Shown here in pieces: positions 17,537 to 28,652 of a DNA stretch of 64,000 bases (its first letter is position 1; each line of letters opens with the position of its first letter). A model generated the notes under the pieces. The model was not told where the DNA came from. It worked only from the letters and a program-made list of their open reading frames with translations, and did no database searches. The translations under genes and the position numbers were made by a program. Source of the DNA: Gammaproteobacteria bacterium (GTDB taxonomy: Bacteria; Pseudomonadota; Gammaproteobacteria; Eutrophobiales; Eutrophobiaceae); NCBI GenBank assembly GCA_030829985.1, contig JAURNW010000035.1:4091-68090 (forward strand). Direction: 5' to 3'.

Positions 17537-18190
17537 ATGGGCACACTCAGAAAATATATCATCGCCGGACTATTGGTATGGCTGCCTTTTGCGGCAACGG
17601 TCGTCATTGTCAAACTGGTCGTTGATTTACTCGATAACATTATTCTCTTGTTGCCACCGGACTGGCAACCAGAGACGGTTCTCGGTTTTTCAATCCCTGG
17701 ATTTGGTATTGTTTTAGCTATCTCTATACTTTTATTGACCGGGATGCTTGCCGCTAATTTATTTGGACGGCGGCTGGTTGATTTTTGGGAGGCAATTCTC
17801 AACCGAATACCACTGGTTCGTTCGATTTATAACAGCGTAAAACAGATTTCCAGCACTATTCTGGATTCAAGCGGCAAATCTTTTCGTAAAGTAGTAATGC
17901 TGCAATACCCCAGAAAAGGGCTTTGGAGTATCGGTTTTTTAACCAATGAGTCTGTGGGCACCGAAATCGAGGGGCTTAATGATGATTTGATCGGTGTTTT
18001 TGTGCCCACCACACCTAATCCCACCTCTGGTTTTATTGTTATGGCGCCTCGTGAAGACATAACCGAGCTCGATATGAGTATCGAAGATGGGTTTAAGTTT
18101 ATTATCTCAATGGGCGTTATTATTCCGGATGGCCCCATTCGAACCAAATTAACAACTAATAAAGTTGCGCAAACGGCGGCCGACTCGTAA
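17537..18190 (+). CDS. DUF502 membrane protein
   Basis: [21 protein letters not shown] and [11 protein letters not shown]; usual neighbour of aspS. Confidence 0.9.
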   Translation: MGTLRKYIIAGLLVWLPFAATVVIVKLVVDLLDNIILLLPPDWQPETVLGFSIPGFGIVLAISILLLTGMLAANLFGRRLVDFWEAILNRIPLVRSIYNSVKQISSTILDSSGKSFRKVVMLQYPRKGLWSIGFLTNESVGTEIEGLNDDLIGVFVPTTPNPTSGFIVMAPREDITELDMSIEDGFKFIISMGVIIPDGPIRTKLTTNKVAQTAADS

Positions 18191-18227
18191 GATTCCGCCC
18201 TTTGTTCAGGCCATATGGAAAAATCAC

Positions 18228-20006
18228 ATGCGCAGTGACTATTGCGGAAAATTAAATAGCAGTCATATCGATCAAGAAGTTGAGCTTTGTGGCTGGGTAC
18301 ATCGTCGCCGTGACCACGGTGGTGTTATTTTTATCGACTTGCGAGACCGTGAAGGCATTGCCCAGATCGTGTTTGATCCGGATCGTGCAGATTCCTTTGC
18401 TATTGCAGACTCTGTCAGAAATGAATTTGTCATTCGCATTACCGGAAAAGTCCGTAACCGGCCAGAAGGCACCATCAATCCTGATATGCCCACCGGTGAA
18501 ATTGAAATTCTCGGCCACACCATTGAAGTCTTGAACAAGGCGAAGACGCCGCCGTTTCAGATAGATGATGAACATGTCCACGATGACGTCAAGCTGCGTT
18601 ATCGTTATGTTGATTTACGCCGTCCGCTGATGCAGAACAATTTGCGTTTGCGGTCACAAATAGTAAAAGAGATGCGCACTTTTCTAGACGATCGTGGTTT
18701 TCTTGATATCGAAACACCGATGCTAACCAAGGCGACACCTGAAGGTGCGCGTGATTATCTGGTTCCCAGTAGAACGCATCCCGGTAATTTCTTCGCCCTG
18801 CCGCAGTCACCACAATTGTTTAAGCAATTATTAATGATGTCTGGACTGGATCGATATTATCAAATCGTGCGTTGTTTTCGTGATGAAGATTTACGCGCTG
18901 ATAGACAGCCCGAATTTACGCAACTGGATATTGAAACCTCATTCATGAATGAGGCTGATATCACTGGCATGATGGAAGAGATGATTCATACTTTATTCAA
19001 GAAAGTATTGAATGTTGAATTACCTTCGCCTTTTCCACGCATGAGTTATGCAGAGGCCATGGAACGTTTCGGCAGTGATCGCCCTGATCTTAGAAACCCG
19101 CTGGAATTAGTCGATGTCAGCGACCTAATGAAAGCGGTTGAGTTTAAGGTCTTCTCGGGTCCGGCCAATATGGAAGACGGTCGTGTTGCGACATTGCATG
19201 TTCCTGGTGGCAGCACGCTTTCACGAAAACAGATCGATGATTATACCGCATATATTGCTCAATTTGGCGCAAGAGGCCTTGCCTATATCAAGGTTAATAA
19301 CCTTTCTGCTGGTAGTGAAGGCTTACAGTCTCCTATCTTGAAGTTTTTGCCTGATGATGTGGTCACCAAAATCCTTGAGCGCACAAAAGCTGCTGATGGC
19401 GACTTAATATTCTTCGGCGCGGACAAAACCAAGGTCGTAAATGACGCATTAGGCGCGCTACGTAATCGACTCGGCCATGATCTGAATTTACTCAAAACAG
19501 AATGGGCGCCAATGTGGGTTATCGATTTTCCAATGTTTGAATATAACGAAGATGAAAAACGTTGGGACTCATTACACCATCCGTTTACTGCACCAAACTC
19601 AGATGATATTGATGCGATTAAACAAAACCCCGGAAAAACCTTGTCCCGAGCTTATGATTTAGTGCTGAATGGGACAGAACTAGGTGGTGGTTCAATTCGT
19701 ATCCACAATTCCGAGATGCAGTCGGCGGTGTTGGAGTTACTTGGTATTGGCGAGGAAGAAGCCCAGGAAAAATTTGGCTTTTTACTGGAAGCGCTTGGCT
19801 ATGGTTGTCCTCCTCACGGCGGTATTGCCTTTGGTCTGGATCGTACGGTGATGTTAATGGCCGGCTGTGATTCGATACGTGAAGTAATTGCTTTTCCTAA
19901 GACACAGAGTGCTAGTTGCCTGCTAACTTCCGCCCCTTCAAAAGCAAACAGCAGACAATTACAAGAACTAGGGATTAAACTGGCTAAATCAAAAACACCG
20001 GAATAG
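18228..20006 (+). CDS. aspS: Aspartate-tRNA ligase, probably non-discriminating (Asp/Asn)
   Basis: [44 protein letters not shown] and [12 protein letters not shown]. Start at ATG 18228. Confidence 0.97.
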   Translation: MRSDYCGKLNSSHIDQEVELCGWVHRRRDHGGVIFIDLRDREGIAQIVFDPDRADSFAIADSVRNEFVIRITGKVRNRPEGTINPDMPTGEIEILGHTIEVLNKAKTPPFQIDDEHVHDDVKLRYRYVDLRRPLMQNNLRLRSQIVKEMRTFLDDRGFLDIETPMLTKATPEGARDYLVPSRTHPGNFFALPQSPQLFKQLLMMSGLDRYYQIVRCFRDEDLRADRQPEFTQLDIETSFMNEADITGMMEEMIHTLFKKVLNVELPSPFPRMSYAEAMERFGSDRPDLRNPLELVDVSDLMKAVEFKVFSGPANMEDGRVATLHVPGGSTLSRKQIDDYTAYIAQFGARGLAYIKVNNLSAGSEGLQSPILKFLPDDVVTKILERTKAADGDLIFFGADKTKVVNDALGALRNRLGHDLNLLKTEWAPMWVIDFPMFEYNEDEKRWDSLHHPFTAPNSDDIDAIKQNPGKTLSRAYDLVLNGTELGGGSIRIHNSEMQSAVLELLGIGEEEAQEKFGFLLEALGYGCPPHGGIAFGLDRTVMLMAGCDSIREVIAFPKTQSASCLLTSAPSKANSRQLQELGIKLAKSKTPE

Positions 20007-20073
20007 AACCGCAACTAAAGTATATTTGCGCCTAAACTTGTCTAACTGAATTAAGTACGCCATAGTTTTGAGT

Positions 20074-21147
20074 ATGTCCGCTGAAGCCACATTAAAAAAC
20101 CCTTATAGCCTCTCGAAAGAACAGATTCCGCCTACAATTGTAGAACAGATCGATGCCGTCGAGCGCGCTAATTTAACCAAAAAAATCAAAGCGCAATTAA
20201 AACAGCAAAATGCTGTGGTTGTGGCGCATTACTATACTGAACCGGACTTACAAATCCTGGCTGATGAAACTGGCGGCTACGTCTCTGATTCCCTGGATAT
20301 GGCACGTTTTGGTCACGAGTCAGAAGCAGAAACGCTGGTCGTTTGTGGCGTTAAATTTATGGGCGAAACCGCCAAAATTCTAAATCCTGAAAAACGCATC
20401 TTGATGCCAGACTTAAACGCCAACTGTTCACTGGATCTGGGATGTCCGGAAGATAAATTTTCAGCTTTTTGTGATGCACACCCTGATCACGTTGTCGTGG
20501 TTTACGCCAACACCAGTGCTGCAGTTAAGGCAAGAGCCGACTGGATGGTTACTTCTGGCAGTGCTGTAGATGTCGTTAAACAACTGGCAAGTGAAGGCAA
20601 AAAGATTATCTGGGCCCCGGATAAATATCTAGGGGACTACGTACAACAAGAAACCGGCGCAGACATGCTGATCTGGCAAGGTGCTTGTATCGTACATGAA
20701 GAATTTAAAGCTCAAGAACTAGAGACGTTGCGCTCACACCATCCAGAGGCAAAGGTGCTGGTTCATCCGGAATCACCGGCAGCAGTTATTGCACAAGCCG
20801 ATTTAGTCGGTTCAACCACTGCCATTATCAAAGCAGTGACTGAAATGGATGCGACGAAATTTATCGTCGCGACCGATAAAGGCATCTTCCATAAGATGCA
20901 GCAAGCCGCACCAGAGAAAATATTGATTGAAGCACCAACAGCTGGCAAGAGTGCAACCTGTATTAGTTGTGCGCATTGTCCATGGATGGCGATGAATGGT
21001 CTGCGCAAATTATCTAAAGTATTGGAAACAGGTAAAAATGAAATCTTCGTAGAAGTTGAAATTGCTCGGCGAGCAAAACAATCCATTCAACGCTTACTCG
21101 ACTTTACCAGTAATAAATCCGCTACCAGCATGGCGAATGATGCTTAA
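20074..21147 (+). CDS. nadA: Quinolinate synthase
   Basis: [34 protein letters not shown] and CAHCPWM. Confidence 0.96.
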   Translation: MSAEATLKNPYSLSKEQIPPTIVEQIDAVERANLTKKIKAQLKQQNAVVVAHYYTEPDLQILADETGGYVSDSLDMARFGHESEAETLVVCGVKFMGETAKILNPEKRILMPDLNANCSLDLGCPEDKFSAFCDAHPDHVVVVYANTSAAVKARADWMVTSGSAVDVVKQLASEGKKIIWAPDKYLGDYVQQETGADMLIWQGACIVHEEFKAQELETLRSHHPEAKVLVHPESPAAVIAQADLVGSTTAIIKAVTEMDATKFIVATDKGIFHKMQQAAPEKILIEAPTAGKSATCISCAHCPWMAMNGLRKLSKVLETGKNEIFVEVEIARRAKQSIQRLLDFTSNKSATSMANDA

Positions 21148-21158
21148 ACCAAGGGTTA

Positions 21159-21788
21159 TTGTTGTCCAGTAGTATTGTTTTCATTCATGGCCTGTGGATG
21201 AACGGCATAGATATGACTTTATTGCAAAACCGTTTTAAGAAAGCGGGTTATTCAAGTTCGCGGTTTCGTTATAAAAGCATAAATACCACGCCTGTCGATA
21301 ATGCGCACAAACTTGCCGAATACATTAACCAAATCGAATCCGATCAGATTCATTTTGTTTGTCACAGTCTGGGCGGACTGGTGCTTCGTCATTGTCTGAA
21401 TCTGCACCCCCTGGATAAGCCGGGCAACATTGTTATGTTAGGCACACCCAATCAAACCAGCATAGCTGCAAAAACCTTATCGAGTTGGCCCGGGGGCTCA
21501 TTATTGCTTGGCAAAAGCGTTGATAATGGTCTTCTTGGCCCTCTCCCGGCTTGGTCAGGTAAACAAAATATTGGTGTTGTGGCGGGAGATTTACGTTTGG
21601 GTATGGGCTTGATCATTCCCAACATTCCAACACCCAGTGATGGCACTGTATCTGTTGCGGAAACACGTTTAGCTGGGATGCGTGATCATATTACATTACA
21701 TGCATCGCATTTCGGTTTATTGCTTTCCAAAGAAACATTCATACAAGCCAAGCACTTTATTGAGCTGACAGAGTTTTTTCACACTTGA
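21159..21788 (+). CDS. Alpha/beta hydrolase (esterase/lipase-like)
   Basis: IHGLWM, HSLGG, LGTP, SDGTV and ASHFGLL. Confidence 0.85.
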   Translation: MLSSSIVFIHGLWMNGIDMTLLQNRFKKAGYSSSRFRYKSINTTPVDNAHKLAEYINQIESDQIHFVCHSLGGLVLRHCLNLHPLDKPGNIVMLGTPNQTSIAAKTLSSWPGGSLLLGKSVDNGLLGPLPAWSGKQNIGVVAGDLRLGMGLIIPNIPTPSDGTVSVAETRLAGMRDHITLHASHFGLLLSKETFIQAKHFIELTEFFHT

Positions 21789-21813
21789 TATTCAACGCCA
21801 GCTTGATTGGATC

Positions 21814-21852
21814 AAAAAAACTGCCAAAAGATATCTAATAAATATTTGGCAG
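21814..21852 (-). terminator. Probable intrinsic terminator of ppk2
   Basis: CTGCCAAA...TTTGGCAG inverted repeat followed by T7 on the minus strand. Confidence 0.55.
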
Positions 21853-21902
21853 CCCGCCAACAACAAACACAACTATAATCAAGCTTTATACTTAACTGTT
21901 AG

Positions 21903-22886
21903 CTATTTACGTCTTTTATCCGGATGCAAACTCTTGCCAAGGATATGGTCACTGGCAGACACAACATGACTACCTGAACCAACAATTAATGGGTCAGGTT
22001 GATGCACAACATGATGATTCTTGTCTGGATAAGGCAGATTCCATAGGAAATGCCTCATACAGTTCAAACGAGCGCGTTTCTTATCATCCGACTTGATAAT
22101 ATGCCAAGGCGCATCTGCAGTATCCGTATAAAAAAACATGGCCTCCTTTGCTTCCGTATAATCATCCCAACGATCAATAGAGGCCTTATCTATTGGTGAC
22201 AATTTCCATTGCTTAAGAGGATCGTCACCGCGAGCAGTAAAACGACGCGCCTGTTCTTCCCGCGTAATTGAAAACCAGTACTTAAACATTCGGATGCCAC
22301 TACGAACAAACATTTGTTCAAGATCAGGCGTCTGGCGCATAAATTCGAGATAATCATTAGGTTTACAAAAACCCATCACTCGCTCAACACCCGCTCGGTT
22401 GTACCAGGAACGATCAAATAGCACCATTTCACCAGCTGTGGGTAAGTTTTTAATATAACGTTGAAAATACCATTGCCCGCTTTCTGCTTCTGTCGGTTTT
22501 TCAAGCGCTACAACTCGCGCGCTACGTGGATTCAGATGTTCCATATAACGCTTTATTGTCCCTCCCTTACCCGCTGCATCTCGTCCTTCAAACAAAAGGA
22601 CGATTTTTTGACCCGTTTCTTTCACCCATTGCTGAGCCTTAAGCAACTCAACTTGCAAAATTGCTTTTTGTTTTTCATAAGCTGCTCTGCCCATTTTGCT
22701 ATGATAGGGATATTCTCCCGTTTCAAACCCCTTACGAATTGCTTGAGGATCATGGCGTTTCTCTGCGAGTTCATGTAGAACAGCGCCTGCACGTGAGCGA
22801 CTTGTGTTCTTTTTGTTTTTTACGTTTGTACTTTCTATGCTTTCACTGCTCAAAGCAACCTCGCTCTCTTTATTATCTTTTTCCAC
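21903..22886 (-). CDS. ppk2: Polyphosphate kinase 2
   Basis: FEGRDAAGKGG, QWYFQRY, FDRSWYNRAGVE and WKLSPID. Confidence 0.96.
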   Translation of the reverse strand: MEKDNKESEVALSSESIESTNVKNKKNTSRSRAGAVLHELAEKRHDPQAIRKGFETGEYPYHSKMGRAAYEKQKAILQVELLKAQQWVKETGQKIVLLFEGRDAAGKGGTIKRYMEHLNPRSARVVALEKPTEAESGQWYFQRYIKNLPTAGEMVLFDRSWYNRAGVERVMGFCKPNDYLEFMRQTPDLEQMFVRSGIRMFKYWFSITREEQARRFTARGDDPLKQWKLSPIDKASIDRWDDYTEAKEAMFFYTDTADAPWHIIKSDDKKRARLNCMRHFLWNLPYPDKNHHVVHQPDPLIVGSGSHVVSASDHILGKSLHPDKRRK

Positions 22887-22923
22887 AATCTGAGCCTCTT
22901 TCCACTTTATAAAACATCGATGG

Positions 22924-22965
22924 ATTATATTCCGCCACTAAAATTGATAGTTTGATCTAAAACAA
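22924..22965 (-). promoter_or_regulatory. FNR/Anr-type class II promoter of ppk2
   Basis: TTGAT-CTAA-AACAA (22952-22965, one mismatch to TTGAT-N4-ATCAA) and minus-strand TATAAT at 22929-22924. The box centre falls at -41.5 if +1 is 22917. Confidence 0.6.
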
Positions 22966-23086
22966 ATACTTTAATCTTAAATATAAGTTTTATTCGGCTT
23001 TAGATCACTAGACGGGTCTTGGGCATATTCAACAGGAATGCTAGAATCTCTTTCCACAAAAACCTCATTCAGCACGGAATAAATCA

Positions 23087-23833
23087 ATGGCAGGTCATAG
23101 TAAATGGGCGAACATCCAACATCGCAAAGGCAAACAAGACGCTAAACGCGGGAAGCTATTTACCAAGCTCATTCGGGAGATAACGGTATCTGCAAAACTG
23201 GGCGGTGGCGATCCAGCGGCTAACCCAAGATTACGGGCAGCGATTGACAACGGTCTGTCTAACAACATGACCAGAGATACGATTGATCGCGCAGTTAGTC
23301 GCGGTGCTGGTGATAGCGATAGCGATAATGTAGAAGAACTTCGTTATGAAGGGTATGGGCCTGGCGGTGTTGCCGTTCTGGTCGAAACGATGACTGACAA
23401 CAAAAACCGAACGGTCTCTGAAGTTCGCCATGCCTTCTCCAAGCACGGAGGCAATCTCGGCACAGACGGTTCAGTTGCTTATCTATTCACCAAGGTCGGT
23501 CTAATCTCATTTACGAACGGACTTGATGAAGACGCTATCATGGAAGCCGCTCTGGAAGGCGGCGCGGAAGATATCGTGACAAACGCAGATAACTCGATTG
23601 ATGTTATAACTGAACCGGACAATTTTGTTGACGTAAAAGAAGCGCTGGTAAGTGCGGGATTTAAACCTGAGAATGCCGAGATCACTATGCGCGCAACGAC
23701 CACCAGCGAACTCGACAAAAAAGGGGCAGAAAGCATGTTAAAACTGTTAGACGTGCTAGAGGATCTTGATGATGTACAAAGAGTCTATTCTAATGCAGAT
23801 ATACCTGATGAAGTATTGGCAGAATTAAATTGA
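23087..23833 (+). CDS. yebC: YebC/PmpR family protein
   Basis: [18 protein letters not shown] and TDNKNRT. Confidence 0.96.
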   Translation: MAGHSKWANIQHRKGKQDAKRGKLFTKLIREITVSAKLGGGDPAANPRLRAAIDNGLSNNMTRDTIDRAVSRGAGDSDSDNVEELRYEGYGPGGVAVLVETMTDNKNRTVSEVRHAFSKHGGNLGTDGSVAYLFTKVGLISFTNGLDEDAIMEAALEGGAEDIVTNADNSIDVITEPDNFVDVKEALVSAGFKPENAEITMRATTTSELDKKGAESMLKLLDVLEDLDDVQRVYSNADIPDEVLAELN

Positions 23834-24348
23834 TAAGAATACTAGGTATTGACCCCGGCTCAATAAACACCGGCTTCGGTATCATTGACTCTAAAGGAAA
23901 CCATGCCAAACATATCGCCAGTGGCATTATAAAAATTAATGGTGAAACTCTGGCCGATAAATTAAAAACCATCCATCAAGGCATCACAAACGTCGTTAAT
24001 GAATATAATCCGGAAGAAATTTCAATCGAAAAAATATTTATGAATCGTAATGCTGATTCGGCAATCAAGCTTGGACAAGCGCGAGGCGTTGCCATTGCTG
24101 CCTGCGCTATACAAGATTTGCCCGTCTATGAATACACCGCCAATCAGGTTAAACAAGCCACTGTCGGTAAAGGCCATGCCGCTAAAGAACAGGTGCAACA
24201 TATGATCAAGATTCTGCTTTGTCTGGATAGGCAACCAAAGCCAGATGCAGCTGATGCCCTGGCAATAGCGCTATGTCATGCTAATTCGCGTGAAGGTTTG
24301 TTATGTATGCAAGGTGTTAGCGGCATTCGCTATGGACGGTTGCAATGA
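23830..24348 (+). CDS. ruvC: Holliday junction resolvase
   Basis: [14 protein letters not shown] and [12 protein letters not shown]. Confidence 0.96.
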   Translation: MIRILGIDPGSINTGFGIIDSKGNHAKHIASGIIKINGETLADKLKTIHQGITNVVNEYNPEEISIEKIFMNRNADSAIKLGQARGVAIAACAIQDLPVYEYTANQVKQATVGKGHAAKEQVQHMIKILLCLDRQPKPDAADALAIALCHANSREGLLCMQGVSGIRYGRLQ

Positions 24349-24944
24349 TTGGGTTTCTTCGCGGAATCATTCTTAAAAAACAACCGCCACTTTTATTACT
24401 GGATGTGCAAGGCGTTGGTTATGAGGTCGAAGCACCTATGACCACTTTTTATGCTTTACCAGATATAAATAATGAAACTGAAATATTTACTCATTTGGTA
24501 GTACGAGATGATGCCCATCTATTGTTCGGATTTGCGACCGAAAACGAACGTCATTTATTTCGCACCTTAATCAAGGTCAATGGTGTAGGCGCCAAAATGG
24601 CATTAACGATACTGTCAGGTATTGAGGCAGATGAGTTTGCCCTCTGCATTCAAAACAACGACGCTGATCGACTTACCAGGCTACCGGGCGTAGGCAAAAA
24701 AACAGCGGAGCGCTTGATTATTGAGATGCGTGACAAGCTTGATGGGCTGCCAACAACAACCATTACGCGAAGCAGTAATAGTCCGAGCATCAAGAATGAT
24801 CCGGTAAACGAGGCAGTCAGCGCCTTGATTGGCTTAGGCTACAAACCGCCGGAAGCCAGCCGCTTTGTAATGGCCGTAGCCAATGACGACATGAGCAGTG
24901 AAGAATTAATACGTGAAGCTTTGAAAAATTCCGTTAGGAAATAA
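24345..24944 (+). CDS. ruvA: Holliday junction branch migration protein
   Basis: GVGYEV, VNGVGAK and PGVGKKTAERL. Confidence 0.96.
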   Translation: MIGFLRGIILKKQPPLLLLDVQGVGYEVEAPMTTFYALPDINNETEIFTHLVVRDDAHLLFGFATENERHLFRTLIKVNGVGAKMALTILSGIEADEFALCIQNNDADRLTRLPGVGKKTAERLIIEMRDKLDGLPTTTITRSSNSPSIKNDPVNEAVSALIGLGYKPPEASRFVMAVANDDMSSEELIREALKNSVRK

Positions 24945-25086
24945 TACTGGCTAAAGATGTTTTATCGAATAACCATCTGTAGATTGCCATTTTTCAGGCA
25001 TGACTTTGTCACATTTTAAGTTTTAAATAGAGATCATTAACCCCACTGGCGTAATGATACGTTTACAGGGAAAATAGGCACCCGAC

Positions 25087-26142
25087 ATGGTCGAACCCAA
25101 TGAAGTAATCTCACCCCAAAGTTCAGCAGATGATGCCGTAGCTGATAACGCTTTGCGTCCAAAACGTCTGCAAGATTATCTCGGTCAGGCATCCGTTCAT
25201 GAACAAATGGAAATATTTATTGGCGCAGCGAGACAACGTGCCGAATCACTCGATCATGTATTAATCTTTGGTCCTCCGGGTCTGGGCAAGACGACGCTGG
25301 CACATATCATCGCCAACGAGATGAACGTTAATATGCGCCAGACTTCTGGCCCGGTGCTCGAGCGCCCCGGCGATCTGGCTGCCTTGCTAACGAACCTCGA
25401 GCCAAATGATGTCCTCTTTATTGATGAAATCCATCGACTTAGCCCGGTAGTTGAGGAAGTTTTATATCCAGCCATGGAAGATTATCAAATCGATATCATG
25501 ATCGGCGAAGGGCCCGCTGCAAGAGCAATCAAACTAGATGTACCGCCCTTTACCCTGGTTGGCGCAACGACGCGCGCTGGCCTGTTAACCTCTCCTTTGC
25601 GGGATCGTTTTGGCATTGTGCAACGTCTTGAATTTTATTCAGCGCAGGAATTAAGCGAAATTGTCAGACGTTCAGCGGGCATACTTGAAGTTAAGATTGA
25701 TGATAAAGGTGCAGCGGAAATAGCAGCGCGTTCACGAGGAACACCACGTATAGCCAACCGTTTACTAAGACGAGTTCGTGATTATGCGCAGGTAAAAGCC
25801 GATGGTGATATAAACGGTGATATCTCTTCACGGGCGCTGGACATGCTTAATGTAGATGCGCATGGGTTTGATATGATGGACCGCAAGCTATTACTCGCTA
25901 TATTGCAAAAGTTTGACGGGGGGCCAGTTGGTGTAGATAGTCTTGCGGCGGCAATAAGCGAAGAACGTGACACCATAGAAGATGTGCTTGAGCCCTATTT
26001 GATTCAGCAAGGATTCTTAATGCGAACTGCAAGGGGCCGTATTGCAACACGAACAGCCTGGTTACATTTTGGTCTGGAAGTGCCTAAAGACTCACCTCAA
26101 CATTCAGATTTATTCAATGACATTGAAGAAGAAGGGCTCTAG
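25087..26142 (+). CDS. ruvB: Holliday junction helicase
   Basis: [23 protein letters not shown] and [12 protein letters not shown]. Confidence 0.97.
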   Translation: MVEPNEVISPQSSADDAVADNALRPKRLQDYLGQASVHEQMEIFIGAARQRAESLDHVLIFGPPGLGKTTLAHIIANEMNVNMRQTSGPVLERPGDLAALLTNLEPNDVLFIDEIHRLSPVVEEVLYPAMEDYQIDIMIGEGPAARAIKLDVPPFTLVGATTRAGLLTSPLRDRFGIVQRLEFYSAQELSEIVRRSAGILEVKIDDKGAAEIAARSRGTPRIANRLLRRVRDYAQVKADGDINGDISSRALDMLNVDAHGFDMMDRKLLLAILQKFDGGPVGVDSLAAAISEERDTIEDVLEPYLIQQGFLMRTARGRIATRTAWLHFGLEVPKDSPQHSDLFNDIEEEGL

Positions 26143-26147
26143 ACCAA

Positions 26148-26558
26148 ATGCCCGCCGAATTTAACTGGCCGATTCGTGTCTATTATGAAGATACAGATGC
26201 TGCAGGCATCGTCTTTTATGCAAACTACCTGCGTTATATGGAACGTGCGCGAACTGAATGGTTACGGAGCATTGGTTATGAGCACGCTTTCCTCAAAAGC
26301 GAGCATGGAATATTATTCGCTGTTAAAAATATGGACATTGAATATATTAAACCAGCTCATCTCGATGAACTGTTAATGGTTACATCAGCTTTAAGAAAAA
26401 CGCGTGGAGCAAGTCTGGTATTTCAACAGACTATAAAAAATGATAAGGACGAACTACTTACCAGAGCAACCGTCAAAGTAGCTTGTCTTAATGCATCAAC
26501 ATTAAAGGCCTCGGCGATGCCGGAAGAATTACTTATGGAGTTTGCAAATGACAGCTGA
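26148..26558 (+). CDS. ybgC: Tol-Pal associated acyl-CoA thioesterase
   Basis: RVYYEDTDAAGIVFYANYL and position in the operon. Confidence 0.93.
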   Translation: MPAEFNWPIRVYYEDTDAAGIVFYANYLRYMERARTEWLRSIGYEHAFLKSEHGILFAVKNMDIEYIKPAHLDELLMVTSALRKTRGASLVFQQTIKNDKDELLTRATVKVACLNASTLKASAMPEELLMEFANDS

Positions 26559-27222
26559 TCATTCATTCATTGATTTAATCCTGAATGCCAGTGTTCTGGT
26601 TCAGTTAGTGATGTTAATCCTGATATTGGCATCGATAGTGTCGTGGACCATGATCTTTAATAAGCGTCTTTTGTTAAAACGTGCGAAGAGAGATGCTGAT
26701 GTGTTTGAAGAACGCTTTTGGTCGGTTGAAGATCTAAGTCCTTTATACACACGAATTACAGCAAAACGTTATGAACCAAGTGGTATGGAAAAAATATTCG
26801 AAGCAGGTTTCAAGGAGTTTGCTCGTTCACGCAATCAGGACAATATTGATCCGGAAAACATCGTTGAGAGTTCACAACGCGCTATGCGTATCGCCATGAA
26901 TAAAGAAATGGATCACCTTGAAACAAACCTTTCCTTTCTGGCAACTGTCGGTTCAACCAGTCCTTATATCGGTTTGTTCGGCACAGTATGGGGAATTATG
27001 AATAGCTTTCAAGCGCTGGGCACGGTGCAGCAGGCTACCATAGCGATGGTCGCCCCGGGCATCAGTGAAGCCTTGATTGCAACGGCAATGGGGTTGTTTG
27101 CTGCGATACCGGCTGTTATTGCATATAATCGTTACTCTTATGACGTTGAACGTTTGATCAATCGTTATGACAATTTTATGGAGGAGTTTGTATCAATTCT
27201 CCATCGACACGCACATTCATGA
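26548..27222 (+). CDS. tolQ: TolQ
   Basis: LATVGSTSPYIGLFGTVWGIM and APGISEALIATA. Confidence 0.96.
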   Translation: MTADHSFIDLILNASVLVQLVMLILILASIVSWTMIFNKRLLLKRAKRDADVFEERFWSVEDLSPLYTRITAKRYEPSGMEKIFEAGFKEFARSRNQDNIDPENIVESSQRAMRIAMNKEMDHLETNLSFLATVGSTSPYIGLFGTVWGIMNSFQALGTVQQATIAMVAPGISEALIATAMGLFAAIPAVIAYNRYSYDVERLINRYDNFMEEFVSILHRHAHS

Positions 27223-27328
27223 AAGAAATGTATAGCGAAGCGAATTGTCACAAGAACCTCGATAAAATTGCGTTAATGCGTTACTCCGCAAATGGTTTTT
27301 CACCTAATACTATTCACATTCAGAGTAT

Positions 27329-27751
27329 ATGAGACAACGTATACGTAAACGCCCGATGTCCGAGATCAATGTTGTGCCCTACATTGATGTAATGCTGGTG
27401 CTGCTTATTATTTTTATGATCACTGCTCCATTATTAACCCAGGGCGTAAAAGTTGATCTGCCTCAGGCACCTTCATCACCACTACCACCCAATGATAAAG
27501 AGCCGGTCATTGTGAATGTTGATAAAGAGGGAAATTTTTTTATTAATTATGGTGAAAATCAGGACCAACCTGTTTCGGCGGATGTGCTGCTAAACCGAGT
27601 CAGCGCTTTATTAAAATACCAGCCCGGCATACCTGTTCTTGTCGGCGGTGATACCAATGTTGCTTATGGACAAGTTGTTCAAGTAATGACTTTACTGCAA
27701 CAGGCGGGCGCTCCCTCCGTGGGCATGATTACCGACCCTCCTGAAAAATAA
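27329..27751 (+). CDS. tolR: TolR
   Basis: EINVVPYIDVMLVLL. Confidence 0.95.
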   Translation: MRQRIRKRPMSEINVVPYIDVMLVLLIIFMITAPLLTQGVKVDLPQAPSSPLPPNDKEPVIVNVDKEGNFFINYGENQDQPVSADVLLNRVSALLKYQPGIPVLVGGDTNVAYGQVVQVMTLLQQAGAPSVGMITDPPEK

Positions 27752-27752
27752 T

Positions 27753-28637
27753 ATGCAAACAAACTGGTTTCTAACATCCCGATCATTGGCTTTATCTATT
27801 CTTTTGCATATCGCGTTAGGCGCAGTGTTGATCTTTAGTTTTCATTTCTCACCAAAGCCTACTCCACCGCCCAAACCAATGGTTAATATTGTTAAAGCTG
27901 TAGCGGTAGATAAGGAACAGGTCGATAAGGAACTTAATCGTTTAAAAGAACAGGACAATAAAAAAATAGAGGAAGAGTTAAAACGTCAGAAAGAACTTGA
28001 AAAGAAAGCAGCTGATGCCAGGTCGAAACGATTAGCTGAAGAAAAGAAACTCGCTGATATAACAAAGAAAAAAGAACTACAGGAAAAAAAGCGTAAAGAG
28101 GAAGAGGTCCGTATCAAGAAGTTAGAAAAAGAAAAAAAGGAACTTGAGAATAAGAAAAAAATCGAACAGGAACAACATAAAAAAGCAGAAGCGGAGCGCA
28201 AGAAACTGGAAACTGAAAAGAAAAAACAACTGGAAGAACAAAAAAAGAAAGACGCCGAACGTAAAAAGAAAGAGGAAGAAGAAAAGAAACGACTGGAACG
28301 CGAGAAGGCTATGCAGGAACAGCTTGATGCGGAACTGGCTGCTGAACAAGAACAACGTGATCAATCAATGCTGACAAAATATATTAGTTTGATTCAGAAT
28401 GACATTCAAAATAACTTTAATCGTCTTGGACTGCCCGAGGGCTTGTCTTGTGTCATCCTCATCAGGATGCTTGAAGGGGGTAAAGTTGTTGAAGCATCTA
28501 TTGTAAAATCCAGCGGCAATGATTTATTTGACCGCCGTGCTGAGACGGCTGTTTATTCTGCGTCACCGTTACCCGTGCCAGACGAGATTCGCTTATTTGA
28601 AAAAATGCGTAATATACGATTCACTTTTGAACCCTAG
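27753..28637 (+). CDS. tolA: TolA
   Basis: TM anchor with SILLH, K/E-rich helical region, C-terminal SSGNDLFD; position in the operon. Confidence 0.92.
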   Translation: MQTNWFLTSRSLALSILLHIALGAVLIFSFHFSPKPTPPPKPMVNIVKAVAVDKEQVDKELNRLKEQDNKKIEEELKRQKELEKKAADARSKRLAEEKKLADITKKKELQEKKRKEEEVRIKKLEKEKKELENKKKIEQEQHKKAEAERKKLETEKKKQLEEQKKKDAERKKKEEEEKKRLEREKAMQEQLDAELAAEQEQRDQSMLTKYISLIQNDIQNNFNRLGLPEGLSCVILIRMLEGGKVVEASIVKSSGNDLFDRRAETAVYSASPLPVPDEIRLFEKMRNIRFTFEP

Positions 28638-28652
28638 GATATTAATTGGACT

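Noticed and set aside
17118..17546. 142-aa hydrophobic minus-strand ORF
   Set aside because: Antisense of the Lys/Thr/Ser-rich FmdB gene.
21803..21815. TTGAT-N3-ATCAA as an FNR site
   Set aside because: Wrong spacing, and it lies between convergent genes.
27950..28360. A-rich quasi-repeats as a tandem repeat or CRISPR array
   Set aside because: Explained by the Lys/Glu-rich helical domain of TolA; no fixed repeat-spacer structure.
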